IMG/VR virus record: IMGVR_UViG_3300028797_000093
Strand: one strand, 5' to 3'
Source: a virus
Taxonomy: Duplodnaviria > Caudoviricetes
Length of the DNA stretch: 64,000 nt
Shown: positions 1-8,565 of the stretch, piece after piece
Layout: each line of letters begins with the position of its first letter
How positions within the stretch are numbered: the stretch's first letter is position 1
Made by a program: the position numbers and the translations under genes
Notes under the pieces: generated by a model
What the model saw: only the letters and a program-made list of their open reading frames with translations
Told to the model about the DNA's origin: nothing
The model's database searches: none

Positions 1-1
1 T

Positions 2-496
2 CTGCACAAGATCAAACTTCTTAGAGAGTTTACTGTTAACAACAAACTCCATTACATGTCTAATAGGAGCTACTTTAGGATATGATCTATAATGAATAGA
101 AGGATAGAACTTACCAGAGAATGAAAGATAAATACAAGCAAGATCAGTTTGTTTCTTATCATTCTTCTCTATAAAGTATCTAATTACACAAAGCTGCATA
201 ACAGTAAGCTCATCCTTGGCTGCTCTGGGATTGAAATTATCTATTACACCATAATAGGTTTTATCTATATATTCTTTAATCTCTGTATCAGAGATATTGA
301 ATACTTTAAAATAATTATCTTTATCCTGTTCTCCAAAGTATAGTCTAGAACATGGTACTATATCATAAAGATCATTAGATCTATATTCCATGAATTTATT
401 CAGCATATTTTTATATGCATCCATTGTCTTCTTTTCATTAAGCTTCTTTTCAATAATAGGATATATATTATCTAGAACAGATGTTGTATTATTCAT
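2..496 (-). CDS. Hypothetical phage protein, N-terminal part (runs off the window start)
   Basis: Not in ORF track. ATG at 496 after GAGGTG RBS; open frame MNNTTSVLDNIYPIIEKKL...KKFDLVQ to the window edge with no stop. Confidence 0.75.
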   Translation of the reverse strand, partial: MNNTTSVLDNIYPIIEKKLNEKKTMDAYKNMLNKFMEYRSNDLYDIVPCSRLYFGEQDKDNYFKVFNISDTEIKEYIDKTYYGVIDNFNPRAAKDELTVMQLCVIRYFIEKNDKKQTDLACIYLSFSGKFYPSIHYRSYPKVAPIRHVMEFVVNSKLSKKFDLVQ

Positions 497-579
497 TTAT
501 ATTAACACCTCATTCATCATAGATGTATTTATTTAATATAATGTGCTCTGTTATAATAACAAAAAATAAACCACAGAAA

Positions 580-603
580 GGGAGGGAGCAATTGCTCCCT
601 CCC
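580..603 (-). terminator. Intrinsic terminator (perfect 24-bp palindrome)
   Basis: gggagggagcaa/ttgctccctccc just downstream of 624..1208, followed on the minus strand by a T-rich tract. Confidence 0.75.
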
Positions 604-623
604 ATCGTTGTTCTGTGTTGAGA

Positions 624-1208
624 TCAGAAGATCTCGGGAAGCTTCTCCCGGATGTACCATTCGGGGAACATGCTGCCACGCTTTCCGATCCAGCTGAGGA
701 CTTCGTCGCCGACCTTTCCGATTTCTTTGGTGATGGTGAAAGAGACAGGCTTCAGATGAAGCTGCCCTTTCTCGTTCACCTGGGGGTCGAAATAGAAGCT
801 CAGGCCATCGGCCAGGTCGTATTTCAACGCCGTCTTCGGGATGTTGGCGTCTCTCATCTTGGGGTTGAATCCCAGGACCAGCACAAGCCGGTCCTCCAGA
901 GTATCAGGCAACTGATACTTCTGGACGAAGGGGAAACTGTCATTCCCCTTCATGAAAGAAGCGCGATACATTTCGCCTTCTTCATAGGCGAAATGGCGGG
1001 TGCGATATTCATCGTCACCCTCATACGTAATGTCAAACTTCACCTGCACTCCTTCCTCATTGAGGATGGGTTTGCTGGAGACAGTCCGAGTGAGCTGGAC
1101 CTCCTGCTTGGGATCGAAGATCCTCCAGAAGGCCGGCTTTTTGTACTCAGGCCTCCGGTCAAAGGTCTTCTCTTCCTCGATGTTGGTGTTGTTCTTCTTT
1201 GCTGCCAT
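624..1208 (-). CDS. Hypothetical protein with GC-rich codon usage
   Basis: 194 aa ORF, AAAGGGG RBS, own terminator; no family recognised. Confidence 0.75.
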   Translation of the reverse strand: MAAKKNNTNIEEEKTFDRRPEYKKPAFWRIFDPKQEVQLTRTVSSKPILNEEGVQVKFDITYEGDDEYRTRHFAYEEGEMYRASFMKGNDSFPFVQKYQLPDTLEDRLVLVLGFNPKMRDANIPKTALKYDLADGLSFYFDPQVNEKGQLHLKPVSFTITKEIGKVGDEVLSWIGKRGSMFPEWYIREKLPEIF

Positions 1209-1369
1209 TTTTTATACCCCTTTCTAAGTGTGAGTAAAATAATGATTTTGAAAATTTGTAATGAATAATCTCACACTCATATATATTATATATAATTGAA
1301 AATATTAATTATTACAAAAGATTTGTAATTAGGGATACTGAATGATCAGTATCCCTATAGTTTTAATTT

Positions 1370-1873
1370 TTATTCTTCAGAATCAATAGATTCATCAGCT
1401 GCTTCAACAGCACCATGTTCTGCAAAGAGAGTGCTATATTCGCAGATAAGGAAGGAGAGAATGGTATTAAGAGTATTCTCTTTAACAATACCATTCACCT
1501 GAATAGTAGGCTCTTTGATCTTTTTGTAAGCATCAACATACTTAGCATTAATAGTGACTGCAATATCACCATTATCAGTAATGCCACGAATGTAACCAAC
1601 AGTCACATTACCACGAGCATTATCTGCATCGGTGAATACGTCAGACTTCTTCATGCTAACAGGATGACTCATCTGCCGGAAAGCATTATGGTCATTCAGA
1701 TTTGCAAGAATCTCATCGAGAGATTCGATGTCAAAATTGATTCCATTTGGAGTAAAACTCCCCACTCCTTCAATATAGAATACAGGGATATTAGCCTTGT
1801 AATTCATAGGCTTATCACTGTTTCTATTATTATTCTTCTGAAAACGACGCTTAGTGTCCTGATAACCGCTCAT
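1370..1873 (-). CDS. Hypothetical protein
   Basis: 167 aa ORF, GGAGG RBS, AACA-N6-TA motif at 1916-1927, terminator hairpin 1330-1357. Confidence 0.75.
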   Translation of the reverse strand: MSGYQDTKRRFQKNNNRNSDKPMNYKANIPVFYIEGVGSFTPNGINFDIESLDEILANLNDHNAFRQMSHPVSMKKSDVFTDADNARGNVTVGYIRGITDNGDIAVTINAKYVDAYKKIKEPTIQVNGIVKENTLNTILSFLICEYSTLFAEHGAVEAADESIDSEE

Positions 1874-2045
1874 TTTAACAAACCTCCAATTAAGATATAA
1901 AGATAATAATGTTTGTACTATAGTGTTATAATACGTAATTCTATTAATATGTATCTATATAATTATTTTTGTAATTTTTTATTAAAATAATTATATATTA
2001 TATATATGATACTCTCACCCGACCAATACCAAAAATATTAGAAAG

Positions 2046-3365
2046 GTGGATTTTAAATTGAAACTAAAAAGGTTCATTCCCATAGTGATGGTATTTGTTA
2101 TTTTCTTTCTCACCATCACCAACTTCCAGATGTTGTTTGGAACCAATGTGTACGCATCTTCAAAAGAAATCGAAAGAAAGGAGAACGAAGAGATCATTGC
2201 TACTGAAGAAGTAGTAAACAATTCCCTTATTACAGCAATCCCTTGTTCCTATGAAGAAACAGAGAGTATCGAAATATCAACCTTGGGATCAAAGGCTAAT
2301 TCCGAAGATTCTGACGATTTGTTCGAGACAGAAGATATTGCTGTAGATGTCTATGAAACAGCTAATATCTATCTTGTTAATGAACTCAAAGAAGCTGAAG
2401 AATACAAACTCTTTTATAGTGGAGATATTGAAGACTTCTCAAACTATATCTCTGTAAAAGAGTATTATGATCTTCTATATCGTGCTTATATGAATATCTG
2501 CAACAACAATGATGTAGAGATCAACGTAGAATCTAAACCATTCTATGATACTGATGATAGGGCAATCGGAAGATTGCACTATATAGGTATCATTGATACA
2601 GAGTATAAATACATATATCCAAATCAGCATGTTACAAAAGAGACAATTGCTGACAGTATATTCAATATGTATCTATACTTTGCATTGGTACCAGCAGAAA
2701 AAATCAATTATACTGAATTTATCAATCCAGCAGACTCTCAGTATATAGCAGATGCTCATAAAGCTTCTATGGAGTTTTGTATGAATCTTCACATCTTCAA
2801 TCTTGATGAGCAATCATACATTAATCCTAAGAAGAATCTCAGATATGATGAAGCTATCTGCTTTATTCTGAGGTCTTACAAGTATATCAATAAATACTGC
2901 TCTGAGGCTGATCCTTTGTTTACAGACAAAGTAAATTGCTACAGACTCCTCAAGAAAGTTACTGGTCTTAACAATGCTGCTATCAGTGGTATTATGGCTA
3001 GTCTTCAGGAAGAGACAGGAGATACCTTTAATCCTGACATTCACCAATGGGGCGGAGGTCCAGGATATGGTATTTGCCAGTGGACAACTGATGGTCGTAA
3101 GAAAGGTCTATATGATTACCCCAGTGTATGTGGATATCCATACGACACCCTTGAGTGTCAGACCAGATATCTTATGTATGAGCTTGAAACTATGTTTCCA
3201 AAACTTTTAGAGGAGCTAAGAAATGTTCCTGATACAGAAGATGGAGCATATAAAGCAGGATATAGATTCTGTAAGATATTTGAAGCCCCAAGAGATCTAG
3301 AAGGATGCAGTAACTCAAGAGCAAATAAAGCAATTGATTACTTCAGAGAGTACAATAACTATTAA
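2046..3365 (+). CDS. Secreted cell-wall hydrolase with C-terminal phage tail lysozyme (Phage_lysozyme2-like) domain
   Basis: Signal-peptide-like N-terminus; SLH-like middle segments; C-terminal motifs AAISGIMASLQEETG, GPGYGICQWT, QTRYLMYEL, FCKIFEAP. Start may be the TTG at 2058 after the AAAGGTGG RBS. Confidence 0.7.
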   Translation: MDFKLKLKRFIPIVMVFVIFFLTITNFQMLFGTNVYASSKEIERKENEEIIATEEVVNNSLITAIPCSYEETESIEISTLGSKANSEDSDDLFETEDIAVDVYETANIYLVNELKEAEEYKLFYSGDIEDFSNYISVKEYYDLLYRAYMNICNNNDVEINVESKPFYDTDDRAIGRLHYIGIIDTEYKYIYPNQHVTKETIADSIFNMYLYFALVPAEKINYTEFINPADSQYIADAHKASMEFCMNLHIFNLDEQSYINPKKNLRYDEAICFILRSYKYINKYCSEADPLFTDKVNCYRLLKKVTGLNNAAISGIMASLQEETGDTFNPDIHQWGGGPGYGICQWTTDGRKKGLYDYPSVCGYPYDTLECQTRYLMYELETMFPKLLEELRNVPDTEDGAYKAGYRFCKIFEAPRDLEGCSNSRANKAIDYFREYNNY

Positions 3366-3367
3366 AG

Positions 3368-3410
3368 AAAAAAGAAAGTGGGTCTCTTATTTAAGGCTCA
3401 CTTTCTTTTT
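3368..3410. terminator. Bidirectional intrinsic terminator
   Basis: aaaaagaaagtgggtc...ggctcactttcttttt inverted repeat with A and T tracts, just after the lysozyme stop. Confidence 0.7.
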
Positions 3411-3460
3411 TATAATGAAGATAAGCCTTGTTATCTATAGATATTATTATACAATCATCA

Positions 3461-4402
3461 CTGGTTTAAATGATAAGGCAGCGCCAAGATACCAAACAGT
3501 CCCAGAAGACAAAGCTGTAAGGCGAACAGAGAAAATCCCACAATAAAAGCCATTGCCTGAGGCACCACCACGATAAGAATAGTGAGTACCACTATTTTGA
3601 TAAAAATAATCACTTATTGGTTTAAATGATAGAGCAGCACCACAATAGTAAGAGGCAAGAGCAGAGTACGATATATCAATACAGAAAACACCACAACGGA
3701 ATCCAGCGTACGAGTGGCCACCATAACGAGCATAATGAGTACCACTACTTTGATAAAAATAATACCATGGTTTAAATGATAAGGCGGCGCCATAGTACCA
3801 GTAGCCCCCAGAAAACGAACTACTGAGGCTAACAAAGGCGAAACCACAACGAGAGCCATTACTACAGCTACCACCACGAAGAGCATAATGAGTACTACTA
3901 CTTTGATAAAATATATTATATAATATGGTTTAAATGATATGGCTGCGCCAAAGTGCCAATGGGTAACAGCAGCAGAAGGCGATTCAGTAACAAAGAAAGC
4001 ACCACAAATAAAACCACTAGTACAGTAACCACCACGAAGACTATACTTAGTTCCAGATTCTTGATAAAAATAATCACAATAATAGCTGCCTTAGTTTAAA
4101 TGATAGAGAGGCGCCACTATCCCAATAGGCAGAACTAGCAGAAGCCGATGTGTAAACAGAGAAAGCACCACAAGCTAGTCCACGGCCCGAGTCACCACCA
4201 CGAAGAATATAGTGAGTACCACTACTTTGATTAAAATAATACTATAAGTTAAATGATAGGGCGGCGCCACGATACCAGCCATACCCAGAAGCAGCACCGT
4301 TCAGAGAAACACAGAAAGCACCACAATAGAGCCCACGGTCCGAGTGACCACCACGATATGCATATACAACTATTGTATTTTGATAAAAATAATCACAATA
4401 AA
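3461..4402 (-). repeat. Array 1: six tandem DGR variable-region-like cassettes (period 150-166 bp)
   Basis: Units begin (plus coordinates) near 3462, 3618, 3768, 3926, 4092, 4245. Conserved minus-strand ends (TGT)GATTATTTTTATCAAAGTAGTGGTACTCATTAT...CGTGGTGGT and GGCGCCGCCYTATCATTTAAA; each translates without stops to a motif close to DYFYQSSGTHY-x2-RGG-x4-G-x2-CGxF-x14/15-GAALSFK. Confidence 0.9.
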
Positions 4403-4406
4403 AAGA

Positions 4407-4434
4407 AAGAGGTAGACCAAAAGATCTACCTCTT
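4407..4434 (-). terminator. gyrB terminator abutting cassette array 1
   Basis: aagaggtaga-ccaaaaga-tctacctctt stem-loop followed by TCTTTTTATT on the minus strand. Confidence 0.8.
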
Positions 4435-4439
4435 ATTAT

Positions 4440-6950
4440 TTATTCTATATCTTGTCTTGTAATATTGACACCTTTAAGCAACATAGCTCTATTAGAGTCA
4501 ATATATCTGATTAGTTCTATATCATTTTTAACATCTTCTATTGTATATCTAACCAATGTTCTAACAGAATCAGGTCTTAATGCAGACTCTCCTAACTGTT
4601 TAGGATCTTGTTCACCTAAGCCTTTATAACGAGTCAATCCGTTAGGAACACATGAGTTAAACATAGTCATGACTTCATAAATACTCTTCTGTTCACCATC
4701 TACTTTATAAAAGAGATATCTATTACTATTGATCAACTCAATGATATCAGAACAAGCAGAGATGAATCTATTGTTTAACAAGAAGTAATGATATTTACCA
4801 CTTTCTAATCCTTCAATAGTAATACATCCATCTTTATTTCTATATACTTTAATAAATCTAAACTCTTGTTCTATAACTTTCTTGAAAGTATTGAAATTAA
4901 AGTCTTTAGATACATTATATTTATATATTGTATTAGCACTCTTATTAATTATTGGAAATACATTATCATTAGTTCCAGCAGATATATTGTTGGAGAAGTT
5001 ATTGATAATATCATTATAGATAACTATTTTCTTTTGTTTATCAGTAAACTTGATATAAGGAGCAATTCTATATAGAATAGCTTCTAATAGATTACTGTTG
5101 ATAGCAAATGTATTGCCCACATAGTCCATCAAATAAAGATATTCTATATTCTTAACGAATAATCCAGATATCTCCACATTACTCATCTTATTATTTGTGA
5201 GAGTAGTTAGAGTATGTGTCTTAATAAAGATAGATTGAATATACTTAGTAAACTCAATCTTATCAGTAAAATACTTCATACCTTTACCTACTTTAAGACC
5301 ATAAAGTGGAGGTAAAGATCCATATACTCTACCATCTTGAATCAACTCAGGCATATACATCAAGAAGAATCTCAATAGCAGAGTTCTGATATGAGCACCA
5401 TCAGGATCAGCATCTGCCATAAAGATAATCTTCTCCCATTTTACTTTAGAGAGGTTAAAGTTCTTACCATAACCTCCACCTATAATAGTTATAATAGCTG
5501 CTACTTCTTCATTAGATAGAAAAGCTGCTTTTGATGTATTAAATGCATTTGGTAATTTACCTCTAATTGGATAAAGACCTTGACAAGTATAATCTCTACT
5601 ATTTTTAGCAGCCCCAAGAGCTGAATCACCTTCTACTATAATAAGCTCTAGATTCTTATTACCAGAAGGTTGTAAATACTTCTTGGGTTTACCAGTAAGA
5701 AGATTAGATTGATATTTAGTAGATAGTTTAACCTTTTCATTATCCTCTTTACTACGAACTTCAGCAATATCTTTAATAAACTTACAGATTTTCTGAAGAT
5801 CATTACTATTCCTCTTAGACCAATCATTAAGAGCTTTAATTGTAGTATTCTTAATAAAATCAATCATATCCCTATTAGACAAAATAGCCTTAGACTGACC
5901 AATAAAGATAGGATCAATATGAGCAGCTACTACTACAGCTTTCAATGCAGTCTTTACATCAGAATTTATAATACTAAGTTTCTTATTATTGGATAGATAG
6001 ATATTATTCATATAATCTCTAAAGAATAGAGATACGCCATCAGTAAATCCTTGTACATGAGTGCCTCCCATAGTACAAGTAAAGTTACTGAAAGAAGTTA
6101 TATCTTCATTACTTGATAGATCACTGGAATCCCAAGTAAAACAAATTTCACATTTAGTAGTACCATTATCTGCTTTATAATAAATAGGAGCTATAACAGG
6201 ACTCTTACACTTATTATAAAGACCTGTCATAATACCATCTTTATTTACAAGATTTTCATCAATGATTGTTTTACCTTTCTTATCAACAGCTTTAAAAGAA
6301 AGTTTAGTTCCAATATTAGTTAGAGGTAGAATCTTAATAACCATATCAAATAACTCTGCAGCTGTAAGTTCTACAGGTCCAAGAGCATCAAAAGATGGTC
6401 TAAGATATACAGTAGTTCCTTGTCTATTTTTTGGGCAATGAATATCCTGTTCTACAGGATTCTTATTCCATGGATATCCTTCAATAAATTCTACATGTTT
6501 AGCTTTTCCTAGAACATAAGAATCTACAATGAAGATAGAACTAAATGCAACAGCACATACAGCTCCTATACCATGAACACCAGATGAATATTCTCCTGGT
6601 TTCTTATTATAGTTTGATGAGCTATGCTCTGTATTATATACTTTAAGAATCTGTCCATGAGGAATTCCTCTACCATTATCCTCGATAGTACAGGAACAAT
6701 CTTTCTCATTATAGAATATCTTAATATAATTACATGGAGAATCTTCCTTAATAGCCTCATCGACAGCATTCTGGAAAATCTCTCTAAGACAAGTCATCCA
6801 ACCAGAAGTTCCAATACTACCAATATACATTCCAGGAAGCTTTCTAATAGCTTCTATAATAGAATCTATAGAGGTAATCTGATTTGCATAATTCTTAATA
6901 TTATCTATATAAGCTTCATTATTGGTTACATTCTTTTTATCTGTAGCCAT
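4440..6950 (-). CDS. gyrB: Type IIA topoisomerase / DNA gyrase subunit B
   Basis: GHKL ATPase motifs IRKLPGMYIG, EIFQNAVDE, DNGRGIP, GVHGIG; TOPRIM motifs VEGDSA, PIRGK, DADPDGAHI; C-terminal RYKGLGE. Confidence 0.95.
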   Translation of the reverse strand: MATDKKNVTNNEAYIDNIKNYANQITSIDSIIEAIRKLPGMYIGSIGTSGWMTCLREIFQNAVDEAIKEDSPCNYIKIFYNEKDCSCTIEDNGRGIPHGQILKVYNTEHSSSNYNKKPGEYSSGVHGIGAVCAVAFSSIFIVDSYVLGKAKHVEFIEGYPWNKNPVEQDIHCPKNRQGTTVYLRPSFDALGPVELTAAELFDMVIKILPLTNIGTKLSFKAVDKKGKTIIDENLVNKDGIMTGLYNKCKSPVIAPIYYKADNGTTKCEICFTWDSSDLSSNEDITSFSNFTCTMGGTHVQGFTDGVSLFFRDYMNNIYLSNNKKLSIINSDVKTALKAVVVAAHIDPIFIGQSKAILSNRDMIDFIKNTTIKALNDWSKRNSNDLQKICKFIKDIAEVRSKEDNEKVKLSTKYQSNLLTGKPKKYLQPSGNKNLELIIVEGDSALGAAKNSRDYTCQGLYPIRGKLPNAFNTSKAAFLSNEEVAAIITIIGGGYGKNFNLSKVKWEKIIFMADADPDGAHIRTLLLRFFLMYMPELIQDGRVYGSLPPLYGLKVGKGMKYFTDKIEFTKYIQSIFIKTHTLTTLTNNKMSNVEISGLFVKNIEYLYLMDYVGNTFAINSNLLEAILYRIAPYIKFTDKQKKIVIYNDIINNFSNNISAGTNDNVFPIINKSANTIYKYNVSKDFNFNTFKKVIEQEFRFIKVYRNKDGCITIEGLESGKYHYFLLNNRFISACSDIIELINSNRYLFYKVDGEQKSIYEVMTMFNSCVPNGLTRYKGLGEQDPKQLGESALRPDSVRTLVRYTIEDVKNDIELIRYIDSNRAMLLKGVNITRQDIE

Positions 6951-6956
6951 TAATAC

Positions 6957-7337
6957 TTACTCCTCTTTCTTTTCCATATATTCTTCCAATGCTTTTAATA
7001 TTGCCTCTTTACTATAAGCTCTATTATTTCTATTAACTTCAGTAAGATTAAAAATAGTATTAAGAGCAGTATCCATCTTATTGAATCTATACTTAAAAGG
7101 ATTTCCTTCAATATCAATATCAGACATAAATTCATCATAATGTCTGATCCATACTTTCTTTTCCCCATACAGAGCTTGGTATACTACACATTTAATAGGC
7201 TCATCGTCTGTAGTATATGCTTCTGGATAAATAATCATATATAAATACTTTTTATCAGCAAAATCTGCATCTGTATTGTAAAAACTCTTATAATGGGCTA
7301 CAATGTCACCTTGCTTAAATTGTGTAGGATTAGACAT
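6957..7337 (-). CDS. DUF1653-like protein
   Basis: HYK...Y.I...VVYQALYG...WIR.YDEFMS pattern; start moved to MSNPT (ATG at 7337) after GGAGG. Confidence 0.7.
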   Translation of the reverse strand: MSNPTQFKQGDIVAHYKSFYNTDADFADKKYLYMIIYPEAYTTDDEPIKCVVYQALYGEKKVWIRHYDEFMSDIDIEGNPFKYRFNKMDTALNTIFNLTEVNRNNRAYSKEAILKALEEYMEKKEE

Positions 7338-7385
7338 ACAAAAACCCTCCAAAATGAATTTAGACTAATATAGTGTTATCTACAC

Positions 7386-7462
7386 CACAAAAGTTAATTT
7401 TATGCATATTTCACCATTTTGCCCTCTCTCAGCCTATTCAATTGAATAGGCTCAGAAAGAGG
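7386..7462. promoter_or_regulatory. Dispersed palindromic intergenic element, copy 1
   Basis: Perfect palindrome agcctattcaattgaataggct (7431-7452) within a longer imperfect inverted repeat; related copy at 41421-41497. Confidence 0.5.
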
Positions 7463-7500
7463 ATGTTTAACTAATTTTATGATATGCAATTAAAAAATAA

Positions 7501-7536
7501 AATAGGATGGAGAGATATTATTCTCTCCATCCTATT
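7501..7536 (-). terminator. Intrinsic terminator
   Basis: aataggatggagaga...tctctccatcctatt after 7543..8397. Confidence 0.8.
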
Positions 7537-7542
7537 AAATGT

Positions 7543-8397
7543 TTACAGGTTGAAAGCCTTGTTCTGAGCTACATCCTGAGCTTCAGGAGCAGGCTGAACA
7601 GGGGCTGCCTGAGGAGCAGGAGCTGCTACAGGCTGAGGAATCACACCAGGAGCAGGAGCATTCGCTACGAAAGGATTGGCCTGCACAGGTGCTGCATAAG
7701 CCTGGGGTGCAGCATACTGCTGAGGGGGATACTGATAAACTACCTGAGGCTGGGGCTGCGGATAAGCATAACCAGCTACAGGCTGCTGGGGATAGGCATA
7801 GCCGACAGGCTGGCCATAATAAGGCTGAGCAGTCAGGCTGCCAAGAAGACCCCAGTTGTTCTGCATGTAGGTGTTCCCTGCATACACACCGCCCGCATTC
7901 TCAACATTCGCATAACGCTGGAAGTTGCGAACAGAACGATCGTACATTACAGGAAGCATATTCAGCAGAGGCATGAACTGGAAGTATGCACTGGCCAGTT
8001 CCGCAGGGATATCGAGGTTGACCGTCTTGCAGGTCTGCAGAATGTCATTGACAGTCTTGAGTGCAGCCTTGACATCTTCAACGGTACCGTCGAACATAGT
8101 GAACTGTGCACCACAGATAGAGCACTTATAGTCTTCCCTGATCAGATTTCCATCCCTGTCATAAACAGGAACCTTGGTCAGAGTGGAAGCACCATTGTGC
8201 TTATGAGTGCACTGAGCCCTCCAGATATCCTTCTCATCGACCTTTACAGTCAGTGCATCTTCCTCCTGCCTCAGGGCATTGATCTGCCCATCGGTAAGAG
8301 GCTGAGTGTACTTGGCAGTAGGACGATTCTGATAGAAGGTTGCCTGGGGCTGCGCGAAATAGGGATTTTGCTGTACGCCATAGATGTTGTCTGCCAT
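7543..8397 (-). CDS. Hypothetical putative Zn-binding protein with Gln/Pro/Ala/Tyr low-complexity C-terminus
   Basis: CTHK...CSICG ligands; QPVAGYAYPQ-type repeats; GGAGG RBS; strongly G/C-ending codons. Confidence 0.75.
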   Translation of the reverse strand: MADNIYGVQQNPYFAQPQATFYQNRPTAKYTQPLTDGQINALRQEEDALTVKVDEKDIWRAQCTHKHNGASTLTKVPVYDRDGNLIREDYKCSICGAQFTMFDGTVEDVKAALKTVNDILQTCKTVNLDIPAELASAYFQFMPLLNMLPVMYDRSVRNFQRYANVENAGGVYAGNTYMQNNWGLLGSLTAQPYYGQPVGYAYPQQPVAGYAYPQPQPQVVYQYPPQQYAAPQAYAAPVQANPFVANAPAPGVIPQPVAAPAPQAAPVQPAPEAQDVAQNKAFNL

Positions 8398-8565
8398 GGT
8401 TGAGGATCCTCCTTGATTAGATTTGAGTTGTATGCATACTCGATTTTATAATATACTTTTATTTTTTAGTTTAGATGATTATTTTTTACTAAAAACGTGA
8501 AAGTATATTTCTCCTCAGTATTTGATAGTTATAATAATTTTATTTCTAAATATACAATCTTTCAG

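Noticed and set aside
149-343. 64-aa plus-strand ORF
   Set aside because: Antisense to the open minus-strand frame starting at 496.
3461-4402. CRISPR array interpretation of the repeats (also 38518-38828 and 42103-42735)
   Set aside because: Period is ~155 bp, the 'spacers' are homologous to each other with codon-phased variation, the repeats are degenerate, and no cas genes are in the window.
3334-4462. ORF-track calls 3334..3546, 3614..3886, 4253..4462 and similarly 42063..42254, 42251..42481, 42578..42775
   Set aside because: Off-frame or antisense readings of the cassettes with no RBS. 42082..42267 is in the cassette frame but its ATG lies in a junction without an RBS.
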